A stretch of DNA of 48,466 bases from a virus (lineage: Duplodnaviria > Caudoviricetes), in IMG/VR virus record IMGVR_UViG_3300020440_000022, positions 1 to 48,466 of that record. One strand, written 5' to 3'. Below are positions 18,001 through 30,500 of this stretch, one piece after another. The position numbers and the translations under genes are program-made. The notes under the pieces were generated by a model, which worked only from the letters and a program-made list of their open reading frames with translations, had not been told where the DNA came from and ran no database searches. Each line of letters begins with the position of its first letter. Position 1 is the first letter of the stretch.

Positions 18001-18555
18001 GTGCTGTTTGGAGATAAAGCAGAATTGGATCTACAAGCAAAATTTAAAATCGTAAAAAATCCTGATTTAGTGTTAAATGATAATGATATTAAATCAAGAG
18101 TAATTTCTTCTATTAACAAATTCTTTGCATTAGAAAATTGGGACTTTGGTGATAAGTTTTACTTTAGTGAATTGAGCACATATGTGATGAATGATTTAGC
18201 ACCTGATATTGTAACATTTATAATCGTGCCAGAACAAGTTACACAAGTATTTGGTTCTTTGTATGAAATAAAATCAGAGGTAGATGAAATTTTTATTTCA
18301 GGAGCAACGGTTGATGATTTAGAAATCATAGACGCAATAACCGCAACAAGATTACAAGCACAAGGTAATGTTACTACAGCAGGAAACACTATCAATGTAG
18401 GAATACAAAGTTCACCTAACACAACATCATCTCCTGCAATAACAACCAGTGGAACAGTTTCATCGAGCAGTTCGAGTAGTTCAAGTGGCAGTGGAGGTTC
18501 AGGTGGTAGTGGATCAGGTGGTAGTGGATCCGGCGGCGGAGGATATGGTTACTAA
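15001..18555 (+). CDS. gp6: Baseplate wedge subunit, gp6-like
   Basis: DFDNLR..MINYL, LIDLIAY, ENYLELAERRESVLRLARLLSYNP, FSDGVFG, TQNRLITGEDY; Ser/Gly-rich C-terminal tail; TAAATA at 14978-14983. Confidence 0.9.
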   Translation: MSSTDRQNRLLVAEDWKRVYQSYKNADFQSYDFDNLRRTMINYLRENYPEDFNDYIESSEYLALIDLIAYLGQNLAFRMDLNARENYLELAERRESVLRLARLLSYNPKRNQCANGLLKIASVSTTEEVKDSNNINLKDQTILWNDSSNTNWYEQFIKVLNRALPVNGTYGRPVKKETVAGVPTEQYRFNSTNADVPAFSFNKTIDGNTTRFEIVSSDINNGAINEEAPFPGNNFAFLYRDDGQGASSSNSGFFCHFRQGTLDQGTFAITNPSTNQTVSIDATNINNSDLWLYKLDSFGNEDELWTRVDSVEGNNVVYNSLSKNIRNVYSVLTRINDRISVIFSDGVFGNLPQGTFRAYYRTSRNAKIVIKPRDMRGVSIDIPYLSRTGKIEQISLIFELQYTVDNASVSETNANIRSRAPATYYTQNRLITGEDYQIGPLSSSQEIIKVKSVNRTSSGLSRYFDLTDATGKYSKTNLFGTDGVLYKEVYNKKTKFNFSTSIDVQGTILNIIEPILGSKEVYNFYSSQFPKIDTTDLNITWTQNTKDTNVSTGYFKNVNDIRQFLGQFTTSVLKLIKPGASIKLQAPAGKHFMPDGTLMNGAADHLNSRTYKWVKVVSVNGNGTLDNTDGTGPVTFNDVIPTSAQLVEIKPTVSKKLEDDVKTQLIDQTVAYLTYGLRFDRDLGQWRIITANNLNATGDFSIGKTGDITGQQLDASWLLKFTTDGNTYTIDYKGSRYVFESDKEIRFYYDSSDKIYNNLTGKIVKDKITVLNNNNKPDSVEKFTVDFDWEITKEFRDKEGYVNSKKIEVTFFDQDDDGVVDDPQIFEEIVQETNNPTTKYIFNKRYTTSDGVEDFNYISKDELKPIVLQNKGFLGALSQYDNGQVFYFIDEDIFEVYNGTTVTTSLTTEYKAYIGREGLRFQYVHAADDSSRIDPSASNIIDCYMLTRSYDTQFRQYLDGTLATKPLQPSSDALYTAFGQQLNNIKSLSDEIIYSPVKYRVLFGDKAELDLQAKFKIVKNPDLVLNDNDIKSRVISSINKFFALENWDFGDKFYFSELSTYVMNDLAPDIVTFIIVPEQVTQVFGSLYEIKSEVDEIFISGATVDDLEIIDAITATRLQAQGNVTTAGNTINVGIQSSPNTTSSPAITTSGTVSSSSSSSSSGSGGSGGSGSGGSGSGGGGYGY

Positions 18556-21500
18556 TGGCCTATAACGATAATCAAAATGAACCAGCACTTCCAGCAGGTA
18601 ATGAAAACTATAAAAGAAAAACTGAAAATCATTTACCTCGATATTTTAGGACTAGGTTTAACAAAAAATTTCTACAGTCTACAGTTGACCAATTAACGCA
18701 ACCAGGAGTAGTTGAAAAAATTAATTCATACTATGGTCGTAAAACTGCAAAAGCATATAAAGCAAATGACAATTATGTGGGTGATGTTGATAAGCAAAGG
18801 GAAGACTATCAGCTTGAGCCTGCATCTATAATTAAAGATGAGCTTGGTAATGTAAATTATTATGCTGATTATAACGACTTTACTAATAAATTAAATGCAG
18901 TAGGAAATATAAACAAAGACCATAGTATAGTAAACCAGCAAGAATACTATGCATGGAACCCGCATATTGACTGGGATAAATTTGTAAATTTCAGAGAATA
19001 TTATTGGTTGCCTAGCGGTCCACAACTTATTACAGTTGTCGGTCAAAGCAGAGATATTGAAAGTACGTATTCTTTAGAATTAGCAGATAATGTAGATAAC
19101 GTAACTTATAAGTTTACTCCTGATGGATTAACAAATAATCCTACACTTACTTTGTATCGAGGACAGACTTACAAGTTTGACATAGATGTACCAGGTCATC
19201 CTATTGCGTTTGCTACTAAAAAAAGTTTCACACCGGGAGCATCGGTACTTGTTGAAGCGACAGATGGTATTAGATCTCCAGGAGTTTACGATATTGGATT
19301 ATACGATCAAGAAGGTTTAGTCTATGATGGCGGAGGATATATTGTTGAACCTGCTGAAGCAAGTTTTACAGCAGGCACTTCTCAAAATACATCATTAATT
19401 TATGATACAGGTGTAAAACAGTATAATGACGAAGGAGAAGAACAGTCTGTTGTATATTTAGAAAAAGGTACAATAGAATTTACAGTTCCTGAAACTGCTC
19501 CGGATAGGCTATATTATATCTCAAAAAATGATCCTAATATTTCTGGTTTTATAAGAATCTTTGACATAATAGAAAACACAGAGATAAATGTTGAAAATGA
19601 AATAATAGGAAAGAAAACTTATAAAACTACTGGTGGTTTTGAATTAAGTAACGGAATGCAAGTAGAGTTTGCAGGTAATGTTACTCCTGCAAGTTATGGA
19701 ACTGGACAGTATTTTGTTGAAGGTGTAGGCGATAAAATAAAATTAATCCCTGCAATTAGACTAGAGACTAGCGGTGATTTTACCAAAGACATAGATTTAG
19801 AATTTGATGTTAATGCATTTGATTTTTATCCTTTTGATAAAGCAATTGGCTTTCCTGACAAAAAAGATTACATAGTTATACATAGATCAAGTACAGACGG
19901 TAATCTATGGAGTAGGTATAACAAATGGTTTCATAAAGATGTTATAGAAAAGTCAGCACAAATAAACAACAGAGTTGTTGATATTGATGTTAACGCCAGG
20001 GCAAGTCGACCTATTGTAGAATTTGAACCTGGATTAAAATTATATAATTTTGGCACGCAAACTAAAGATGATGTTGATCTTATAGATAATTTTACAAAAG
20101 ATGCTTTTAGTACAATAGAAGGATCTCAAGGATACAACATTGATGGAGTTGATGTAACAAATGGAATGAGAATTTTGTTTACAGCAGATACTGATTTGCT
20201 TGTCAAAAATAGAATTTATCAAGTTAAATTTATTACAGTTAACAATATTTCGCAAATTACTTTAACTGAAATTGCAGATACTAATCCTATCTTAAATGAA
20301 ACTGTTTTAATTACTAACGGAACTACCAATAGAGGAAAGTATTATTTTTATAATGGCATAGAGTGGAAAGCAACACAAGCCAAGACAAAAGTTAATCAAC
20401 CACCTATGTTTGATTTGTTTGATAAAGACGGAAAAAGTCTATCAGATGCAACAGTATATGCGTCAACTAACTTTATTGGTAACACTGTCTTTGAATATAA
20501 GATTGGTACAGGCAGAAATGACACAGAGTTAGGATTTCCTCTATCATATAGGAATATAGAAAATTCAGGTGATATAGTCTTTAATTTTAAATTATTGAAC
20601 GATAAGTTTGCATACCAAGATCAAAATGAAATAATAGAAATCAATACAGATACAGCATACGTAAGATTGTACGATAGCATAGACAACTTTAGAACAGAAA
20701 ATGGTTGGATTAAGGCTGATAGTTTGAGCAATCAATATGTTTTACGACAGTATGTTTTTGATAACTCAACTAACGACTTTGCAATAGATGTATATGATTC
20801 CGTTGATTTGTCTGATTTATGGATAAGGGTTTACAAAAATAATAAATTACAATTTAGAAGTACAGACTATACTATTGTATCTGACTCTAATAATGACAAA
20901 GCAGTTAGATTTGTAAATGATCTTAAATTAGATGATGTTATACTTCTTAAAACTAAAAGCTCAAAACCAAAAAATGAAAATGGTTTATATGAAATAGTCG
21001 CAAATTTAGAAAAAAATCCTTTAAATGAAAACTTAAATGAATTTACTATAGGAGAAGTAGTAGACCATGTAAGCACTATTGTAGAATCATACAATAATTT
21101 CCAAGGAGTGTTTCCAGGTGTAAGTAATTTAAGAGATGCAGGACCAATAAGTAAATTAGGCACGAAATTTGTAAAGCATAGTAGTCCGTTTAATTTACCT
21201 ACCTATCATTTAGTAGACAAAAGTGCAAACATTGTTTTAGCATTAGATTTTGCTAGAATTGAATATTCTAAATTCAAAAGAAGATTTTTAGAAACAGCTG
21301 ATACTTTAGGATATGATGGTCCTATAAAAAGTACGATAGAAGAAATATTTAAAGAACTAAACAAAGATAAGACCACCAGTATGCCGTTCTTCTTTAGTGA
21401 TATGGCGGCCACACTAGGATCAATAAAAACTTCCTATACTATAGAAGATCCTGACGAACAATATTTTCCGTTATCTACAGCATTTTTTAAAAATAAAGCC

Positions 21501-24500
21501 AGTAAAAGATCTGTACTTGTTTATAACAATAATATACAACTTACCTATGGTAAAGATTATACTTTTGATGACGATGGATTTATAAACTATACCGGAACAA
21601 AAAGCCAAGATGATATTGTTGATATTTACGAATATGAAAATACAAACGGTAGTTTTATTCCGCCTACCCCGACAAAATTAGGTCTGTATCCATCATATAT
21701 ACCTAAACTCTATATAGATGATAGTGTCAATGCAGAAGCACCAGCAGACGAAAGTGGACCTTGGAAGATTTATGCATCAGACGATAAAGGAAAATTAGGT
21801 TGGTATTATCCTTTATATGCTGACATACAAGATGCAAAAACAAGAGATACAGAACTAGGTGGTTCTGGACAAGCTCATGCTCATAAATTTGACGGTCTTA
21901 ATAGAACTTTCTTTATGCCTAATAGTTCTATGAATCATGCCACTAGAGATAATGAATCAATATCTGAATGGCCACAAGGACTAACAGTAATACAAGGTCA
22001 TGACGGAAGCAGATATACTGCCTTCAAAGATTATAGAGATGAATTATTACTAGATTTAGAATTAAGAATATACAATAACCTTAAACAACCTTATGATACC
22101 ACGCTCTTTGATCTAGCAGATTTTGTGCCAGGTCAGTATAGACCTAACAGTATTAACAAAACTGATTTCGATACAGCTATCACAGCAGATTTTGTCAAAT
22201 GGGCAGAATCTATTAATGCTGATTATACATCAAACACTTACTTTGATAGAAACAATACATTTTCCTTTAATTATAAAGGTATGAACTTTACCACTGGTGG
22301 AAGGCTACCTGGATGGTGGAGAGAAATATATAGATTAGCGTATGATACTGATCGTCCACATACACATCCTTGGGAAATGCTAGGATTCAACGACAAACCT
22401 AGTTGGTGGGAAGATGTATATGGACCAGCACCCTATACAAGAAATAATGAGCTATTATGGAATGATATCGAAAACGGCTTTATAAAAGAACCAAATAAAA
22501 AGTTAATTGTAAATAGCAAATTTGCAAGGCCGGGTATAAGTTCACATCAACCTGTTGACGAATCTGGTAATTTGTTAAGTCCTAATGATTCGGGCATTGT
22601 TACAGATTTTAGTATAAGTGGCGCAAGAGACAATTATAGTTATGGTGATGGTGCCCCTGTAGAAAATGGATATAAAAGAACAAGTGAATATCCTTTCAGT
22701 ATAATAAAAAGTATTGTAATAAACAGACCGAATAGGGTTTTTGCAACAATTTTTGATAGACAAAGACAAACACGCAATAGTGCAGGACAACTACAATATA
22801 ATAGTAGCGAAAACCAAATCATTCTTAAAAATATTATATTTCCTAGTACAAAAAATGATGCAACTCAGATTTTTACAAGCGGGTTGGTAAATTATATTGC
22901 TGACTATATGAGTTCTGATAGTTTACAAACATATCAATCATATAAAGATAATTTAAAAAGTATAACTAATCAGATTGGTTTTAAGGTTGGCGGATTTACT
23001 GATAAAGAGAAGTTTAGATTACTTTTAGATAGCAGAACTCCACTTAACCAAGGTAATGTTTTTGTCCCAGATGAAAACTATAAAATTTTCCTAAATGAAA
23101 GCTCAGCCTTAAAAGAAGTAAGTTACAGTGGAGTAATTATTGAAAAACTTGCACAAGGATTTATTATAAGAGGCTATGATACAAGAACACCTAGTTTCAC
23201 ATATTTCAAACCTATTAAACTTCAAAATGATCCATTCATAAATGTTGGAGGGGTTAGTGAACGGTTTGTAGAATATACACAAGGTAGAACATATACTACA
23301 GGAACATTAGTTTCTTTTAATGGTGCATATTATAGGGCAAAAGAAAATTTAACAAATGTCGCTGAATTTGATAGTAGTAAGTTTGCTAGATTGCCTTCAC
23401 TACCTGTTGTAGGAGGCGTTTCTGCACAGTTGCGTAGACAATATGAATCTACACCTTCTATTTTAAAGTACGGTGAAGTTCTACAGTCTTTTCAAGACGT
23501 AGTTGACTTTTTATTAGGATATGGTGCTCATTTAGAATATTTAGGATTTCAATTTGAAAACTTTGACGATGCTGAAACTGAAGTACAAAACTGGAACACA
23601 GCCGCAAGACAATTCCTGTTTTGGACTTCACAAAATTGGAGAGCCGGCACTGTATTAACTATTTCACCTAATGCTGAAAATTTAAAATTTAAATCTCAAT
23701 ATTCAACTGTAGGTAATGTCTTTGATAGTATGTTTGGATATAGTATTCTTAAATCAGATGGTAAGCCACTGGAACAACAGTTTGTCAAAGTAAGTAAAAA
23801 CAGTGACAACGAATTTGAAATGTATACAGTAAACACAGCAGACGGAATATATGCTGTAAGATTACCATTAATTCAAAAAGAACATATTGTATTATTAGAT
23901 AATTCTACTGTATTTGGTGACGTTATTTACGATGTTGCACCTGGTTATAGGCAGGAAAGAATAAGAGTTTTAGGTTATAAAACCATAGATTGGAACGGTA
24001 GTCTAAACATTCCTGGATTCTTTTATGATGATGCCAAACCTACTCAATGGACGCCTTGGCAGGATTATTCTGTAGGTGATATTGTAAAATACAAAGAGTT
24101 TTTCTACACTGCTGATACAAAAATAGCAGGTTCAGAAGTTTTCGAAGAAAATAAATGGATTAGATTAGCTAATAAACCTAATGCAGGATTATATTCAAAC
24201 TTTGATTATAGAATTAATCAATTTACAGATTTTTATGATTTAGATAGCGACAACTTTGATACAGAACAACAGAGACTTGCACAGCATTTGATAGGTTATC
24301 AAAAAAGGCAATATCTTGAAAATATTATAAATGATGACGTCAGCCAATATAAGTTTTATCAAGGATTCATACAAGAAAAAGGAACACGCAACAGTCTTAC
24401 AAAATTGTTTGATGCACTAGCAAGTGCAGACAAAGATAGTTTAGAATTTTTTGAAGAATGGGCTATCAAAGATGGTCAGTATGGTGCAAGTGAAGGATTT

Positions 24501-27500
24501 GACGAAGTTGAATATAAATTAGATGAATCTAAATTTAGATTAGTTCCACAGCCTATTTTACTAACAGATAATATTACAGGACAAGAGACTGATCTACTTT
24601 ATAGAATACCTACTTATCAAACATATTTAAAACCAAAAAATTATGATCATTCGCCGTTTCCAGAGAAATATGTAGGCACTGGTTATATTAAAGATGCAGG
24701 ATATGTAAATTACGAAGATGTAGATTTTGTAATTGGACAATATTCTGAAATACTACAAATTGATATACAAAAAGTAAAAGAAAGTGATTATATATGGGTC
24801 CAAAACTATGGTTATAAATCTTGGAATGTATTACAGCATATTAACAGTGGATATTCAATAGAAAAAATAGAACCAGATAATACTGATATAAAAATCACAA
24901 TCAATGCAACTCCTACAGATATTAAAAAGGGTGATATCATCGGTATATTTGATATTATTAGCACATCTGTAACAGAGGATTCTACCACTGTTGCAACCAC
25001 TACTGTTGATCCTTTAAAAGGATTTTATAAAATCAAGGATGTAACACTTAATACAATTACTGTTGAAAATTCAGAGGCTGTAGATGTAATAGAAAATATA
25101 GAAGGAACACTTACTAAATTTATTGAATGTAGAGTTAGCAATCTAAAAGATGCAAACATATTTTCTCAAAATCACATTCAGCCTCAAGAAAATATATGGA
25201 TAGATGATAATGATTTTGCAAATTGGACAGTCCTAAAGAATGCAAACAAATTTGATTTACTACAAGAAGTTTCAAATAACAATAGTGGTACTGCGATAAA
25301 TTTTGCAAAAGCATTTGCTGTTAATGATAGAAATACAATCCTTGCAGTTGGTTTACCTAATAAAGATGACGGTCAAGTTTTAATTTATCAAAGAGCAACA
25401 AATAGTTTAAATTATGTATTGAACCAAGTCATATTTGCTCCAGAAAATATTGCAGACCCTAATCAAGAATTTGGTTTTAGTATAGATTTAAGTGACGATG
25501 GAAAATATTTAATTGTAGGTTCACCGTCTGCATCAAAGGTTAAGACAAAATACAGGGGTGGTTTTGAACCTACAGCAGATTATGCGCAAGGTGATATAGT
25601 CAAAAAAGACGATCAATTATACGAAGCTATAAACCCTATTATTGGCGCAGATGATAATATTGAATTTGTTAGTTTTTCTAGTGTTGCAGACATACTATTC
25701 GATTTGAATCTTGACGAAGAAGACAGCGAACAGATACCTATGTTACTAACAGGAAATTATCCTTTTGAAAATGTAACAGCTGATCACTTTTTAGTAAGAG
25801 CTCCTAAAACACAATATGAAGGATCCGGCGAAGGTGATGAAATAAAGTTAGCTTGGAACCCACTAACCAACGCCAATCAGACACAGCTTAATCTTGTTAA
25901 CACATTACCGTTTGGCGGGAATGTGTCTTATCTTTCTGAAAACTACCTACAGTCACAACATACCATAAGCAAAAAAATTGATGCAATACTATTTGTTGAC
26001 CAGTCAACAGTTATTCCTAATATTGGTGATACTGTAACAACTCAAGGCGCAGTGGCTAATGTTGCATATACCTTCAACGTAGGAGCACAGGTTACAATTT
26101 ATGTGAATCAAGTCAATGGTGAGTTTCCTGCTAATAACAGTTTGTTTATAGAAGGAAATGATTTTGTTGGTGAATATGTTTTATCAGGACCTAACGAACA
26201 AACAGCTACAAGCACACAATTAGGAGGATATTGGTTTGTACAATCAAGTAATCCCTATAGTGTAACTACAACAACATCTGATGTTGCTAGAGGATTAGTT
26301 ATATATGACCTTATTCCTGATAGCAGTGTAACTGGAAATTATTACTATAATATTTTAGACTTTGAAACTTCCACTATAGATAGTGAAAACACAGACCATA
26401 GTTACGTAAGAGTTCTGTCATTTCAAGGAAGTCCAGGACCATACGGCACTACATCTCCTACCTTGAGTCAATATTGGCTAGCTAGAGCTCCTAAAGCAGT
26501 TACAGATTCTCTGACAGCAGGAGATAAAATTAATTTTCACTGGAATGAAATGAAAAAGACCGTGTCAAAGATGACGCTAGTGAACAATGTTACAGTTGTT
26601 AAAGGTGAAGTTATAACTCAAGATGTTACTGGAGCAACAGCTACCGTATTTCAAAATGCAACTAATAGTAAAGAAGTTTTATTACAAAATATAACAGGAA
26701 CATTTTCAACAGTAAATTTATTAAACGGAAGCATCAGCGGCAGATTGTTTACTAATGTATTTGCTCTTCCAGTAGAAGATACACTTGTACAGCCTTCTGA
26801 CATAGGGCTTTCATACACTTTGACTAACAAAGAACAGACTGTATTTGATATTTGGGACGGATATATCGATTATGAAAATTTATTCTTTGAAGCCGGTCAA
26901 CCGTTAGAACCGAGAATAGGCCAAACACTACAAGACATGAACACGGGTGCGACAGCAGAGGTGGTATTCTATCAAAGAGACTTAAACTCTGTTAGAGTAT
27001 ATGTAAAAAATGTCCAAGAAGGCACAGTTGATCCGATAAAAGGTTTTGTTGGCGGAGGTTGGAGTAGAGGTGATGATTTTGGCAATGCTGCTGAAATACA
27101 AATGTTAGCCTTTCCAGGCGGACCTAATCCAGATGAATATGGCAGAGTTGATATATACACTATTGATCGACCTATAGGACAAGTTGATAAAGTAAGTTTA
27201 GGTTATACTCCAGACGGCATAGGTAAATTGGTAGTATTTGATACTGGATCAAATATTTCTTTACCAACAACAAATGAAATTAAAGATATAGAATACTGGT
27301 TGTATACCAAGACCACAGTATTAGGAGTACCGAGAGGTGCAAATGTTCCAGCACCTGATAATTTGGATTATATTACAAAATATTTTATTCCTACATCTAC
27401 AAATGGATATCAAAGCAATTATCAAAACGAGGGAATGTATTCTATCTATGAAAGACTGTCTACTGGTAGATACGAACCTGTTAATTCTTATATAGGACAA

Positions 27501-30500
27501 ATTTCAGACGAAAACACATACACAGGTTATAATGTCCAAATTAGGAAGAACAATGACATTTATAGAGGTTACATAGGACAACCAGGACCTCAAGATAGTT
27601 CGGGAATAAGTCTAAATGATACACCTGGTAAAATACTTTTCATTAAAAAAGGCATAGAGAACAATAATACATATAATTGGGAATACGCAAGAAACAAAAA
27701 ATTTAGAGGAGAGTTTTCTTCTACAACAGAATATTTTCAAAACGATATTGTTTATCTAAACGATCCGCAAGGTACATTGTACAATGCTATTACTAATATT
27801 CAACCTGGTGAATTTGATGCAACATTATGGGATAGCACAGATGACCTTATAGATTATGTTGGTTACATTCCTAATAATACAGGTTTGAAGGTTATAAATG
27901 ATAGTTCGCAAGATAGTGTTCTCGATCAAAGTGAAATGTTTGATTTTGCGAGTAGTTTTGATGTAAGTAAAAACGGTGAAGTTTTATTAGCACAAGTTAA
28001 GTATTTGACAGTGCCTAATATTGTTGCTGTTTATAGAATCAAAGATGGACATTATCAGTTTAGTCAAAATATAGAAGCTGAAACAGTTGGTTCACAGTTT
28101 GGCCATAAGGTACAGATTAGTGATGACGGAAAAATGATTGCTATATCTGCTCCGTATGATGACACTAATTTTGATGATCAAGGCAAGGTTTATATTTACA
28201 AACAAAAAAATGGTGTGTTTGAATTAGTGCAAAAGCTATCTAGTCCGGTTGACCTGTCATCTCAACAGTTTGGTAGTAACATAGACTTTGATGGCAATAA
28301 TATTGCAATAACTGCAAAAAATGCAGATTCATTTATTGAAACTACATTTGATAATAAATCTACAATACTTGATCAAGGTTTTACCAATCTTAAAAACTTT
28401 ACCGAAGATACAGGAATAGTCTACTTGTATCAATTAATTAATGACACTTTTGTTTATGGCCAACCTTTGCAGTACAATAACAAGTACGGTGGTGTGTTAC
28501 GTTTTGGTGAGAATATAAAATTACAAAATAATCATATATATGTAGGTTTGCCTGCTGTACAAAGTGATGATGATTATATAGGAACACTAGTTGATTTTAG
28601 AATTGCTGAAAATAAAAATATATTTGAAGTACATAGATCAGCGAAAAGCACAGTAAATTTAGAAAAAATTAAACGTGTTATACTTTATAACACAAAAAGT
28701 AAAAAACTTTTGACTTATCTAGATTACATAGATCCTATTCAAGGAAAAATAGCCGGTCCAGCTGAAGAAAATTTAAGATATAAACTTTATTATGACCCTG
28801 CTTATTATACAAATGTTACAGATGGAACTAGTGCTACTAAATCTGATGCATTTTGGGGTAACACTCAAGTGGGTCAATTGTGGTGGGATCTAACAAATGC
28901 TAAATTTGTAAATCCTTATCAAGATGACATATTTTATAGCGTAGCAAATTGGAATAAACTAGCAGACACAAACTCAATTGACATTTACGAATGGGTAGAA
29001 TCAAATATACTTCCTGCCGAGTGGGACAATATTGCAGACACTGCTGAAGGAACACCTCTAGGTATAAGTGGATTAAGTAAATATGGTAATAATGCATATG
29101 TACAGAAACAAGTTTTTGATAGTGTTTCTCAATCTTTTAGCAACAAGTACTATTTCTGGGTAAAGAATAAAAAAATAAAACCAAATACAGAGTTTAGAAC
29201 ACTGTCAGCAGAAGCAGTAGCAAAATTAATTTCAAATCCAGCTGATCAAGGTTATAAATTTGTATCGTTTGTTACTTCAAATAGTTTCACCATACATAAT
29301 TGCGATTCTTTATTAGAAGATAATGATGTAGCTTTAAGTGTGCAGTATTGGACTATAGATAATCAAAATATAAACATTCATAATCAGTACCAAATTATTA
29401 CAGATGGTTTAGAAACAAGTGTTCCTAACAGAGATATAGAGAATAAATGGGTTGATAGTCTTGTAGGTTATGATATGTACGGAAGAGAAGTACCTGATCC
29501 TACACTTTCAGAAAAAGAAAAATACGGTACATTGTTTAAACCTAGACAATCTTGGTTTGTTAACAGAGAAGAGGCATTAAAGCAATACATTGAAAGAGTT
29601 AATAGAATACTAAAAACCAATTTAATTGTTGATAATAAAGATATTTCAGAATTACAGCGTCAAGAAATAGTACCTGATAGTAGTTTAAATTTATACGACA
29701 CTACAGTTGACACAGTTTCTGATTTAGAATTTATTGGAGTAGCTAAAGCAAAGCAAGCAGAAATACAACTAGTGATAGAAAATGGAACTGTTGTAGATAC
29801 TTTGATATTGGATCCTGGTAGAGGGTATCTAGTAGCACCATCATTTACAATAAACGGTACAGGAACTGACCTTGAATTAAATATTACAATTAATAATTTA
29901 GGTGTTATTACAAATGTTGATATTACAAATGGCGGCAAAAACTTTAGTCCAAACGATAGTATAACATTACGTAAGTATGCAGTCCTAGTAAATGCCGATG
30001 AAAATATTCAAGGAAGATGGGCTTTATACGAACGTGCAGGAAACAGTTGGTCTAGAATAAGAAGCCAAAGTTTTAATTGTAATAATTATTGGGATTATGC
30101 AGATTGGTATGCACCAGAGTTTAGCGAATCTACTAAAATTGACAATATAATTGATAGATCATATGAATTGCAAACTGTAAGTGATAATATAGGAGACATA
30201 ACAAAAATTAACAATGTTGGTTCCGGAGGATGGTTGCTGTTAAGAAAGATAGACAACCAAGAGAACGTTGACTACACAGTAAATTATGAAACTATTGGTA
30301 GACAAAATGGCACTATACAATTTAAAATTTCTATATTTGATACTACCGAATCTCTTACAGGTTTTGATGTAACTAGTTTTGACATTAGATTCTTTGATAG
30401 TGTGCCTACAAATGAAACCAGAATAATAATCAATGCTATAAAAAATGATTTATTCACAGAAGAACTTAAAGTAGAATATAATAAGTTATTCTTTGCTAGT

